This document shows, piece after piece, positions 12,932 through 22,228 of a stretch of DNA of 64,000 nt. How positions within the stretch are numbered: position 1 is the first letter of the stretch; each line of letters begins with the position of its first letter. The notes beneath the pieces were generated by a model. The model did not search any database, had not been told where the DNA came from, and was given only the letters and a program-made list of their open reading frames with translations. The stretch comes from Gemmatimonadota bacterium (lineage in GTDB: Bacteria > Gemmatimonadota > Gemmatimonadetes > Palauibacterales > KS3-K002), in assembly GCA_039586795.1 (NCBI GenBank), contig JBDHJS010000001.1, positions 96,001 through 160,000 on the forward strand, written 5' to 3'. Position numbers and translations under genes: made by a program.

Positions 12932-12965
12932 AATCCCCCGGTTCTCGACCGAGAGTCCGGGGGAT
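12932..12965 (-). terminator. Probable terminator after cytochrome c gene
   Basis: ATCCCCCGG...CCGGGGGAT stem about 25 nt after the stop. Confidence 0.55.
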
Positions 12966-12989
12966 CTACACCTAGCAGGAAGCTACTTC

Positions 12990-13436
12990 TTAGCCCTTCA
13001 GCGTCAGAACGTAGGCCGCTACCGCCCTAGCCTGGTCGTCTGTGATGCCGCTGCCGCCCTTGGGAGGCATCGGTGTCCCGGTGGAGGACGCGCTGGTATC
13101 TACACCGTTCATCACCGTCTGGACGATGCCCTCGAAGGAGCCGTCGCTGTGGAGCCACTCTTCGTCAGCGAGGTTGGCGCCGAGGTTCGCCACGCCCTCG
13201 CCCATGGCGCCGTGGCACGTGTAGCAGAGACCGGCGCCGGCGTAGATGTCCTTGCCCTGGTTCACCATTTCCATCGTGACGCCCTCAGGCAGGTCCACCT
13301 GCTGCTGCGCTTCGCTCGGGCTCGCTGCCGCGGGCGTCTCCGTCTCACCGGAGGCCGCCTGCTGGCTCTCGCCGCCACCGCAGCCAACCATGGCCACCAG
13401 CCCCAGGGCCGCGCCCAATGCCATCAACCTGCTCAT
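12990..13436 (-). CDS. Lipoprotein c-type monoheme cytochrome
   Basis: Lipobox MVGC; CYTCH heme motif; axial Met in MPPKGG; GGAGG before ATG 13436. Confidence 0.9.
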   Translation of the reverse strand: MSRLMALGAALGLVAMVGCGGGESQQAASGETETPAAASPSEAQQQVDLPEGVTMEMVNQGKDIYAGAGLCYTCHGAMGEGVANLGANLADEEWLHSDGSFEGIVQTVMNGVDTSASSTGTPMPPKGGSGITDDQARAVAAYVLTLKG

Positions 13437-13593
13437 GTTGCCCTCCATTTGGGTTGTAACTGCCGCTCGCTCTTGCCGATAGGTGGTCGGTTCTCTCCAT
13501 AGCCCTCACGGGGCCCACGACCGCAGCGAGCCTGCATCTGAACTCGTTTGGTTGAGATTACGGGGCCGATAATACCCGAGGCATGGGGGCGCG

Positions 13594-14295
13594 TCAAGGC
13601 GAACCGACGCTACGATCCTCACGCTGCCGTCCACATTCCGGGCAGAAGACCCAGGTCGGATCGAGCATGGCGCCGCAGCCCACGCACGTGCCGGGAACGA
13701 CTCGGGCACCACAATACGGACAGTAGGATGAGCCGCCGGGAACCACGGCCGAACAGACAGGGCAGTTCACTGGCTCAGCCGTTTCATCCGGCAGGTGCTC
13801 GACCTCTTCGGGATCGGTCTCGTCCGGCTCGAGCTCGCCGATGCTAGATCCGCTGTCCGCGCCGGCACTCGCGTCCAGCGAGCCCTCGGCCGCTTCGGTC
13901 GTCGCCTCCACTAGCTCGACACGTTCTCTCACCTCGGGTGGCGCGTATCGTATGTGACCGGGCGGCGGAATAAGCGCCGGGTTGAGCGACACGCGCGCAT
14001 CGGAGAACGCACGGTAGCGTCGAATTTCAGGCAGCTTTGCTTCCAGCCCGACGCGCAGCTCCTCTTGCATAGCGCCGTCACCGTCCAGATACCCGCGCTC
14101 TCCAGAGAGCAGACGTGTGAGGGCGGCTTCATAGTCATCGTTGGAGCGGAGTCCAGCCGCGTCGCGGACCCGGCGGTACGGGATGAGCTGATCGCACAGT
14201 TCTGCTACGCTGAGTGGATCGGTAAGCGCGGTCTGTCGGTCACTCCGCATGATCTCTACGAATTCAACATACAGGCGATCAAGGTCATCCATCAC
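13594..14295 (-). CDS. Double zinc-ribbon domain protein
   Basis: Four CxxC motifs at the C-terminus (CPVC, CPYC, CVGC, CPEC). Confidence 0.8.
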   Translation of the reverse strand: MMDDLDRLYVEFVEIMRSDRQTALTDPLSVAELCDQLIPYRRVRDAAGLRSNDDYEAALTRLLSGERGYLDGDGAMQEELRVGLEAKLPEIRRYRAFSDARVSLNPALIPPPGHIRYAPPEVRERVELVEATTEAAEGSLDASAGADSGSSIGELEPDETDPEEVEHLPDETAEPVNCPVCSAVVPGGSSYCPYCGARVVPGTCVGCGAMLDPTWVFCPECGRQREDRSVGSP

Positions 14296-14353
14296 GCCAC
14301 CTCAGAGTAGGCGGTCGTAGCGTAGCGGCTTCCACAGACCACTCGTCACTGCC

Positions 14354-15445
14354 TCAAGGTCGCTCGAACACGTAGGCACTGTCCTCGTGTCGATTGCCGC
14401 TTGCGTCGCAGACGGCGAAGTTTCTTCCGGACCAGATGGCGGCCGCGCCGTAGTCGCCGTTCTTATTGACCGCATAGAAGTTGACGTTGAAGTTAGGTTT
14501 CCCGTCATCGTTCAGAAGCCGCTTTTCAGTCGTGTAATGCACTATGCGCTCCAGAGCTTCCAAGCAGGCGTCTTTGGGATGCTTACCGCGTCTCATCTCC
14601 TCCACGACCAACATCGATCCGCACGACTTTATCACAGCCTCGCCCCGGCCTGTCGAGCCTACGGCGCCGACATCGTTATCGACGTAGAGACCTGCCCCGA
14701 TTATCGGGCTATCCCCAACGCGACCCGGTACCTTGAAAGCAAGCCCGGAGGTTGTCGTCACTCCTGAGATGTCTCCGTTAGCATCCACGGCGCAGCAATT
14801 GATCGTACCGTAGTGCCTGCTCCCTTCCCAAGCATCAATGAGCCCGAACTCGGTCCACCCCTCCTCCGACTGGTCGGCTGTAAGATAGTCATCGTCGAGA
14901 TTGAGGCTGGCGCGCCAGCTCAGCCACTCGCGTCGAGCGCGGTCGGTAAGCAGGTCTTCCTCTGTGAAACCGTACTCTCGGGCAAATCGCGCGGCGCCTG
15001 CGCCAACAAGAAGCACGTGATCCGTGTACTTCATCACCGCCATGGCAATCTGAGCTGGATGCATGAAGCCCTCCAGCGAAGCCACCGCGCCGGCGCCCCG
15101 TGTGGGTCCGTGCATGACCGAAGAATCGAGCTGTACCACGCCTAACGCGTTGGGCAGGCCTCCATAGCCGACGGTCGTGTCTTCCGGATCCGCCTCGACC
15201 AATGCGACACCCGAGACCACGGCGTCGAGCGTATCGCCTCCGTCGCGCAGAATCTCCATCGCGCGCTCGGTGGCCGGGAGTCCATTGCGGCTGGAGATAA
15301 CCACGGGTCTCCCCTGGCCAGCCGTCGGCGTGGGTCGTGGCGCGTCCGCCTTGGCGGGCCTGGCACCGATGAGGTCCGCACCGAGGGCGCCCAGTCCGGC
15401 GAGCGCTCCGGCCTTCACGAAATCACGACGCGTACGTTCAGCCAT
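14354..15445 (-). CDS. N4-(beta-N-acetylglucosaminyl)-L-asparaginase/isoaspartyl peptidase (Ntn hydrolase), Tat-exported
   Basis: TRRDFVK Tat motif; VGYGG, G|TI autocleavage site, GRVGDSPIIGAG, TGRGE. Confidence 0.92.
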   Translation of the reverse strand: MAERTRRDFVKAGALAGLGALGADLIGARPAKADAPRPTPTAGQGRPVVISSRNGLPATERAMEILRDGGDTLDAVVSGVALVEADPEDTTVGYGGLPNALGVVQLDSSVMHGPTRGAGAVASLEGFMHPAQIAMAVMKYTDHVLLVGAGAARFAREYGFTEEDLLTDRARREWLSWRASLNLDDDYLTADQSEEGWTEFGLIDAWEGSRHYGTINCCAVDANGDISGVTTTSGLAFKVPGRVGDSPIIGAGLYVDNDVGAVGSTGRGEAVIKSCGSMLVVEEMRRGKHPKDACLEALERIVHYTTEKRLLNDDGKPNFNVNFYAVNKNGDYGAAAIWSGRNFAVCDASGNRHEDSAYVFERP

Positions 15446-15517
15446 GTCTCCAATGCCTCCGAATACCGCAGTGGTTGTGTACGAGCTCGGGCGGACGGAT
15501 CACCCGTGGGAGGTGGG

Positions 15518-16846
15518 TCAGGTTGGCCCGGGACCGTCCGCCGTTCTCACCAGGCGAACCGACCTGACGCGACGCTCATCAACGCGATCGACGACGAGCC
15601 TGGCGCCTGGCACCTGTACGGCATCGCCGTGCTTGGGGACGTGTCCCAGCTCGCCGAGAATGAAGCCGCCGAGTGTGTCATATTCCTCTTCCGGCAGCTC
15701 GAGACCGAATTGTTCGTTCACCTCGTCCAGCGGAACGCCGCCGTCGATCAACGGCTCACCGCGTGGTGTGGTGCTGAACATGGGCCGCGCGACATCATGT
15801 TCGTCATAGATCTCGCCGACGATCTCTTCGATCAGATCTTCAAGTGTCACGAGGCCATCTGTGCCGCCGAACTCGTCGACGACGATAGCCATGTGAATCT
15901 TGAGCCGTAGGAACTCAGCGAGCAGATCGTCAACCGGCTTCGAATCGGGTACGAAGTAGGGTTCCCGCATGATCCGTGTAGCGTCGAAATCGGCCACATC
16001 ACCGGACGCAGCAAGCTGCAACAGATCTTTCACCAGCGCGACTCCGACGACGCTATCCAGACTTTCTTCGTAGACCGGCAGACGTGAGAAGCCGGATCGG
16101 TTCATGGTGGCGATCAACTCGTCGAACCCAACATCAGACGGAACCGCCACGATGTCGGGGCGCGGAGTCATCACTTCTCGCGCGATCGTCCGGGTCAAAT
16201 CGAACACGCCGGAGATCATCTCTTTTTCCTCGACATCGACGACACCGTGCTCCTCGCTGCGGCGGACGAGCATGACGATCTCTTCCGGCTTGTGCACCAT
16301 CTCGGCCTCGGAAGGGAGCCGAACGCCGAGGAATTTCAGCAAGCCGTTGGCGGATTCGTTGATCCACCAGATGAGCGGACTCAGCAGTCGGGTGAACCAG
16401 ATCAGCGGGCTAGCCAGCCATCGCGCGACTTGTTCGGGGTGGAAGATGGCGAGGGCCTTGGGCGCCACTTCTCCGAGCACGACGTGCAGGTAGGTGATGA
16501 TCGTGAAGGCGATGATTATCGCGACGCTGTGTCGAGCGATGAAGTTGAACGGCGCCGACAGCCCGCCGAACGCGGCCTCGAGAATACTCGCGATCGCGAC
16601 CTCACCTATCCAACCGAGGCCGAGAGAGGCGAGGGTGATTCCGATCTGACAAGCAGACAGGTAGAGGTTGAGGTCGCCTTGTGCTTTGCGGACGATGCGG
16701 GCGCGGCGGTCACCCTTTGCTTCGAGAGTGGCTAGCCGCGAGTCTTTTGCGCCGACGAGTGCGAACTCGGCTGCAACGAAGAAGCCGTTGGCGGCAACAA
16801 GGAATGCGACCGCCAACAGCCTCCAAACGACCTCAAGAGTGGTCAT
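15518..16846 (-). CDS. Hemolysin/CNNM family (DUF21-CBS-CorC) Mg/Co transport protein
   Basis: NGFFVAAEFA, QIGIT, GEVAPK, SRLPVY, VVDEFGGTDG, CorC C-terminus. Confidence 0.93.
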   Translation of the reverse strand: MTTLEVVWRLLAVAFLVAANGFFVAAEFALVGAKDSRLATLEAKGDRRARIVRKAQGDLNLYLSACQIGITLASLGLGWIGEVAIASILEAAFGGLSAPFNFIARHSVAIIIAFTIITYLHVVLGEVAPKALAIFHPEQVARWLASPLIWFTRLLSPLIWWINESANGLLKFLGVRLPSEAEMVHKPEEIVMLVRRSEEHGVVDVEEKEMISGVFDLTRTIAREVMTPRPDIVAVPSDVGFDELIATMNRSGFSRLPVYEESLDSVVGVALVKDLLQLAASGDVADFDATRIMREPYFVPDSKPVDDLLAEFLRLKIHMAIVVDEFGGTDGLVTLEDLIEEIVGEIYDEHDVARPMFSTTPRGEPLIDGGVPLDEVNEQFGLELPEEEYDTLGGFILGELGHVPKHGDAVQVPGARLVVDRVDERRVRSVRLVRTADGPGPT

Positions 16847-16916
16847 CTAGATTTCGTGATACGTGCCAAGAAGAGGTGCCCCTCCTGCAGTCGCAGGAGC
16901 GCGACTGTCCACAGCG

Positions 16917-17192
16917 CTAACTGGTTTCGCTACCAGCTGTCGACGCGTTCCCGTAGGAGATGACCGGCTTACAGTAGGCACGGCCCAAGGCGTCAAGTTG
17001 GGCCAGCTGTTCCTCGGAAACTCCTGAATAGCGGCTGGCCAGGTAATCCATCGTCTCTTTGAACCAGGCGTCTTGCTGTTCTTCCGTGGCTTTCAGCACG
17101 CCACAATGCCTGATCTGGCTGAGCAATTCATTACGCGCTTTGTCGAACAGGGTAAGCTCTTCTTTAACCTCCTGTTTCCTACGTTTGCCCAC
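16917..17192 (-). CDS. Small hypothetical protein
   Basis: GAGGGAG RBS before GTG; 91-aa helical protein. Confidence 0.7.
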   Translation of the reverse strand: MGKRRKQEVKEELTLFDKARNELLSQIRHCGVLKATEEQQDAWFKETMDYLASRYSGVSEEQLAQLDALGRAYCKPVISYGNASTAGSETS

Positions 17193-17322
17193 GCTCCCTC
17201 CTCTATCTACAATTAAGCACCGCTACCCGGGGCCTAACGCTACTCGGGGCCTAGTAGCGAGCCCTCATTAGTGGACGGCTACCGATTTTACGACTGCATA
17301 ATTATACGAGCCCTCTCACGAC

Positions 17323-18930
17323 ATGCAATCGGCCAATCTGAGCGACGACAGCATACTCGATCCGATCCGGCTCGAGGTCTACCGCTCGCTTCTCCTGGCA
17401 ATCGCCGAGGAGATGGGTGCGGCGCTCCGTCGGAGCTCGTATTCACCGAACATAAAAGAGCGCCGCGACTACAGTTGCGCGATCTGCGACACCCGAGCGC
17501 GACCCGTGGCGCAGGGCGATCATATGCCGGTTCATCTGGGAGCGATCCCCCAGAGCGTAGAGGCCGGAATCAGCGGACGGGCGCTTTCGGACGGGGATGT
17601 GGTGCTGCTCAACGATCCGTTTCACGGCGGTACGCACCTGCCGGACCTGACGGCGGTACGCGGCGTCTGGGTGGAAGGCTGGGAGGGGCCGATCGCATAC
17701 GTTGCGTCTCGGGCCCACCACGCCGACGTGGGCGGCGCGGCGCCCGGTTCGATGCCCCTTTCCCGTGAGGTCTACCAGGAGGGGCTTCGGATTCCGCCGG
17801 TGCTTCTGCTGCGCGGAGGAGAGATCGAGCAAGACGTCTGGCGCCTTCTGCTGGCCAACGTACGAACGCCCGAGGAGCGTGAGGGCGACCTGCACGCTCA
17901 GTTGGCCGCTCTGGACGTGGGAGTACGGCGTCTACAGGAACTGGCGGCGCGAAGGGGTGCAAGGGAACTGAACGCCGCGTTCGAAGCCCTGACATCGTAC
18001 GCGGACCGGCTCGTCCGGGCGGTGATCGACCAGATCCCGGATGGCGAGTATCGCGCCGAAGATTTCATGGACAACGACGGCACCGACTCGGAACCGGTGA
18101 AGATCGCCGTTCGGGTGACGGTCCGGGGCCAAGAGATGGACGTCGACTTCGGCGACTCTTCCTCCCAATGTGCGGGCAACATCAACGCCGTAGCAGCAAT
18201 CACGGAGTCGGCCGTGCGATACGTTCTGCGCTGCGTGGCGGAGGCCGTACTGGGCACGCCCTTGCCGGCAGGAGGTGGCGCGATGCCCGCGGTCAGAATC
18301 GAGATGCCGGCCGGAAGCGTGGTGAACGCGCGGCCACCCGCCGCGGTGGCCGCGGGGAACGTGGAGACGTCGCAGCGAATCGTCGATGTGGTGTTCAGAG
18401 CCCTCGGCCTGGCGCTTCCCGAACTCGTTCCGGCCTGCTCCAGCGGCACGATGAACAACTTCACCGTTGGCGGCGTTGCCAGCGACGGAAAGTCGTACGC
18501 GTATTATGAAACCGTTGCCGGTGGCATGGGTGCCAACCGCGAACACGATGGGTTGTCGGGCGTCCATACCCACATGACGAACTCGCTGAACACGCCAGTT
18601 GAAGCGCTGGAGCATGCGATCCCCGTTCGCGTGCGCCACTACTCGCTGCGCCACGGTACAGGAGGTGCAGGTCTGCGCCGAGGGGGAGACGGCCTGCGCC
18701 GCGACATCGAACTCTTGAATGCAGCAAGCGTCACCGTACTGTCGGAGCGGCGTCGTTTCGCACCGTGCGGAGCGTCCGGCGGTTCACCCGGCGCCGCGGG
18801 CGAAAACTGGCTGAGACATGCTGGCAGCTGGAAGAAGTTGACAGGGAAATTTTCCGTCGAGGCGAGCGCCGGTGACGTAATCAGCATCCGAACTCCAGGA
18901 GGAGGAGGTTGGGGAAGCGACGGGTCCTGA
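17323..18930 (+). CDS. Hydantoinase B/oxoprolinase family protein
   Basis: SPNIKERRDYSC, PVHLG, NDPFHGGTHLPD, HHADVGG, YQEG, TPGGGGWG. Confidence 0.93.
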   Translation: MQSANLSDDSILDPIRLEVYRSLLLAIAEEMGAALRRSSYSPNIKERRDYSCAICDTRARPVAQGDHMPVHLGAIPQSVEAGISGRALSDGDVVLLNDPFHGGTHLPDLTAVRGVWVEGWEGPIAYVASRAHHADVGGAAPGSMPLSREVYQEGLRIPPVLLLRGGEIEQDVWRLLLANVRTPEEREGDLHAQLAALDVGVRRLQELAARRGARELNAAFEALTSYADRLVRAVIDQIPDGEYRAEDFMDNDGTDSEPVKIAVRVTVRGQEMDVDFGDSSSQCAGNINAVAAITESAVRYVLRCVAEAVLGTPLPAGGGAMPAVRIEMPAGSVVNARPPAAVAAGNVETSQRIVDVVFRALGLALPELVPACSSGTMNNFTVGGVASDGKSYAYYETVAGGMGANREHDGLSGVHTHMTNSLNTPVEALEHAIPVRVRHYSLRHGTGGAGLRRGGDGLRRDIELLNAASVTVLSERRRFAPCGASGGSPGAAGENWLRHAGSWKKLTGKFSVEASAGDVISIRTPGGGGWGSDGS

Positions 18931-18956
18931 AGGCTCGCGGCCCGAGCCGCGGGACC

Positions 18957-19727
18957 ATGACGACGCGGGAGGTTGTACCGCGAGAGATTCAGGTCGGGAG
19001 TCATCGGCTTCACTACTGCGATGCCGGCATGGGTGCGCCTCTCATAATGATACACGGCCTGGGCGCCTCGTCGCGCTGGTGGTTCCCGCTCTTCCCGCAG
19101 CTGACGGCCTCTAACTTCCGAGCTCTAACGCCCGATCTGCCGGGATTCGGCCGCTCACCCGGCACGGCCCTCAATATCGAGCACGCGGCGCGGGCGATCA
19201 TAGCGTTTGCGGACAAGCTGGAGCTGGGCCAGTTCTTCCTCAGCGGGCATTCGATGGGCGGCGCGGTGGCGGCTCAGCTGGCCGCCAATCACCCGGGGCG
19301 CGTGCGGCGGTTGATACTCGTGGACAGCGCCGGCGTGCCTGGCACGGGACCACTCACAATGCTCGGCCGCCTCATCCAGCCCTGGACGTGGTGTCCGCTC
19401 TGGTTCTACTCGACGTTACTGGGGGACGCGGCGCGGGCGGGTCCGAGGTCGATGATGCGCGGTGCGGGAGAGCTGCGACACCATGACATTCGGCCTGCGT
19501 TACGGCGCGTGCGTGCACCGACGCTCATCATCTGGGGTCGCAAAGATACGTTGACGCCGCTCGAACACGGCCGGGCGATGCTATCCGAGCTCAAAGATGG
19601 GCGCCTCGAAATAGTCGACGGTGTGCGTCACCTGCCTATGGTAAGCGACGCTGGAACGACGGCGCGGCTAGTGGTGGACTTTCTTATGGAGGATCTGCGG
19701 CAGCGGAAACTCGAACGCGCCGACTAG
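18957..19727 (+). CDS. Alpha/beta fold hydrolase
   Basis: IHGLG, DLPGFGRS, GHSMGG, IWGRKD, terminal His; ATG 18957 preferred. Confidence 0.9.
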   Translation: MTTREVVPREIQVGSHRLHYCDAGMGAPLIMIHGLGASSRWWFPLFPQLTASNFRALTPDLPGFGRSPGTALNIEHAARAIIAFADKLELGQFFLSGHSMGGAVAAQLAANHPGRVRRLILVDSAGVPGTGPLTMLGRLIQPWTWCPLWFYSTLLGDAARAGPRSMMRGAGELRHHDIRPALRRVRAPTLIIWGRKDTLTPLEHGRAMLSELKDGRLEIVDGVRHLPMVSDAGTTARLVVDFLMEDLRQRKLERAD

Positions 19728-20527
19728 TTCGACCCTTCTGATGCGCCTCCGAGCATGGCCACTGTGAGTTTTTCACCGATCGTGTAGTCGGTCATCTCCA
19801 GTGTCACCGTTCCTACCTTGAGCTTTGTCACCAACTTCACCAGCATGCGGTGCTCGTCATCGGTAACGTAGACTTCGGCCTCACCGCCCTCTGAGAAGAT
19901 GCCTTTCGCCTTGATGATCGGGCGCACGACGATCGTCTCGAACTCGCCTCCGGGCACCTTCACCTTCTCGCGGCGCAACACCTGTAGAACCACAGGGTTG
20001 CGGTCGTAGCGAAAATAGTTGTTCCATTCATACTGTTCGCCGACCTCAAGGGGCACGGAACGCACGAAGTAGACGAACGAGCCGTCATCCAGGGCGCCTG
20101 GAGGTATGGAGTCGCTCTCACCGGTACTCTGGGTGTAGAGTCTGTTTTCCAGATCGAACTCGTACTCGCGCTGGCGTTCGTAGCTTCCTTGCTTGCTGTC
20201 CTGTCGGTAGCGGCGACTGGCCAACAGGCTGACGTCGAGCCATGACTCCTGCACATCACGCAGCTTGTAGAACGGCACCGATCCCTGGATCTCCGACCGC
20301 AGGTGATAGGTTGGGAATCCGGCGACCGTGTCGATCCCTGCTACTTCCATCACGGCTTCGCCAACCTTCAGCGGGCCGAACTTCACCCGGTAGTCAAAGC
20401 GTTCACCCACTCCGAACGGTACGGAAGCTATCTCGGGCACCGCCGTATCGGACGAGGTTGTATCCTCCTGTGCCACTGCGGACAGCGCGGCAAAAAGGAT
20501 CAGGAATCCGGCGAACAATCTCATCAT
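19724..20527 (-). CDS. DUF3108 family secreted protein
   Basis: Signal peptide; PFGVGERFDY, EKVKVPGGEF, YVTDD; ATGA overlap with GT2 stop. Confidence 0.8.
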   Translation of the reverse strand: MMRLFAGFLILFAALSAVAQEDTTSSDTAVPEIASVPFGVGERFDYRVKFGPLKVGEAVMEVAGIDTVAGFPTYHLRSEIQGSVPFYKLRDVQESWLDVSLLASRRYRQDSKQGSYERQREYEFDLENRLYTQSTGESDSIPPGALDDGSFVYFVRSVPLEVGEQYEWNNYFRYDRNPVVLQVLRREKVKVPGGEFETIVVRPIIKAKGIFSEGGEAEVYVTDDEHRMLVKLVTKLKVGTVTLEMTDYTIGEKLTVAMLGGASEGSN

Positions 20528-21243
20528 CCCCTCAACATGCTCACGTACATCCGAGCGGCCCTCCACACGGATTGCCGGCTTCGCCGCATATGTCGGTCGT
20601 AGCGCAGCTGTGAGGGAGTCTCTTCAACACGTTTGGTATGTGGCGCGACCGCGGCCAACAACTCCAAGCTGGCCGCCCAACCGTCGCGACGTATCACCGG
20701 CTCGGTATCGCTGTCCTTCAGCGTGCGCTTGAGCAAGCCAACGCGGTAGGCGCGAAGACCCGAGATCGGATCGCTCACCTGTTCCGGAATGCCATATCGG
20801 CGCTCCAACCACGGTAGACCTCTGCGCAGCCACCGAACGGTCCACGGTACCTTCACACCGTTTGGCGGCTGAGCGGCGACTACCAGGTCGGCTCCGCCCT
20901 CGATGCGCTTGACGAGGGTCGGTATCGCCGAGGGCTCATCCGTGAAATCAGCCTGCAGCGTGACTGCCACGTCGCGCCGCGGGTAGGCACAGCGCCGAAC
21001 GACATCGCGAAGGAGCTTCTCGAGAGAGTGGCCATGGCCCTGGCGCGTTTCGTTACGCAGGATCTCGACCGGGAGGACCTGGGCATACGGCTCAACGACC
21101 TCGTAGGTACGATCGGTTGAACCGTCGTCCAGGAAGAGAATGAGGTAGTCGCGGCCGAACTCCGCCATCACCTGTCGGATCTTCCAGAGCAGGACTCCGG
21201 CCGTGCGCTCTTCGTTGTGCGCTGGTATGCAGATATAGATCAC
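20524..21243 (-). CDS. Glycosyltransferase family 2
   Basis: IPAHNEE, DDGSTD, QAD (DxD-like), DPISGLRAY. Confidence 0.88.
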   Translation of the reverse strand: MIYICIPAHNEERTAGVLLWKIRQVMAEFGRDYLILFLDDGSTDRTYEVVEPYAQVLPVEILRNETRQGHGHSLEKLLRDVVRRCAYPRRDVAVTLQADFTDEPSAIPTLVKRIEGGADLVVAAQPPNGVKVPWTVRWLRRGLPWLERRYGIPEQVSDPISGLRAYRVGLLKRTLKDSDTEPVIRRDGWAASLELLAAVAPHTKRVEETPSQLRYDRHMRRSRQSVWRAARMYVSMLRG

Positions 21244-21298
21244 TGCTGGATAACGTCTCTATTGTATCGCGCCCGCGGCCCCATGACCGCGCGCTCGG

Positions 21299-22228
21299 TT
21301 ACTTGCTCTTCTCTCTACTTCTATTACCTGCCACAGCCGGCTCTGTTCCCGGCGGCACTGTCTTCCACCGTTTATGATGCCAAAAATACTGTTCTGGGTA
21401 AAGCCGGGCCCTCCGCTCCACCTCGGCGACCCACCTGGCGGTAAGCTCCGCGACCCTGTCTTTCATGCTGCCGCGAGCCGGTGGCTCGATCCTGACCAAC
21501 CAGGAGTTGTACTCACGCGGCCCGATCCGATGAGTTCCGCCGGCCATGAATGGTGCGCCGGTGCGCACGGCCAGCAGAGCCGGCCCGCGGGCGGTAGAAG
21601 CGGGGCGGCCGAAGAAGGGAACAAAGACGCCGCCGGTTCTTGCGTCCTGATCCGCAACGAAGGCGACGACGCGGCCAGCGGCCAGGCTGCGTGTCATCGG
21701 GGCCAACCCGTCTCGGCGGTCAATCAATCCCATGCCGTTGCGGTTGCGCGTCTTCATGATGAATCGGTTGAGGCGCGGATTACCGAGTTCCTGCATCACG
21801 GCGTCCACAGGCATGCCAAGCGTGGCCAGACTGGAGCCGGCCAGCTCCCAATTACCGAAGTGGCCGCTTACCACAATCAGCCCCTTCCCTTCTTTGAACG
21901 CGGCCTTCGCGTCGTCAGCGCCTTCGAATATCACGACCCGTCGCTCGACCTCGGCGGGCCAACGCCGCGTCACATAGGGAACGGATAGCCACTCGCGGCC
22001 CACGTGCTCATACGCCGATCGAGCCGTTTGTCGTACCCATCTGTCGTCGCGGTCGGGATAGGCGCGGGAGATTTGCTCTTCGACGACGGAGCTTCGCCAG
22101 CCCAAGCGATAAGCAAGTCGCCCCGCCCAGCTGCCAACTGCTTCGCCGACTCCCGGCGGCGTGCGCCCGAGCACCTCGTAGGCGAGGCGTGCCAAGCCGT
22201 ACTCAAACGCTTTGCGGACGGTACTCAG
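21299..22228 (-). CDS. Lipid A/lysophospholipid acyltransferase (LpxL/HtrB-like)
   Basis: GHFGNWE, ADQDA, VPFFG, PEQYFWHHKRWK; probable CTG start at 22228 overlapping the ABC stop (ORF track starts at 22195). Confidence 0.88.
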   Translation of the reverse strand: MSTVRKAFEYGLARLAYEVLGRTPPGVGEAVGSWAGRLAYRLGWRSSVVEEQISRAYPDRDDRWVRQTARSAYEHVGREWLSVPYVTRRWPAEVERRVVIFEGADDAKAAFKEGKGLIVVSGHFGNWELAGSSLATLGMPVDAVMQELGNPRLNRFIMKTRNRNGMGLIDRRDGLAPMTRSLAAGRVVAFVADQDARTGGVFVPFFGRPASTARGPALLAVRTGAPFMAGGTHRIGPREYNSWLVRIEPPARGSMKDRVAELTARWVAEVERRARLYPEQYFWHHKRWKTVPPGTEPAVAGNRSREKSK

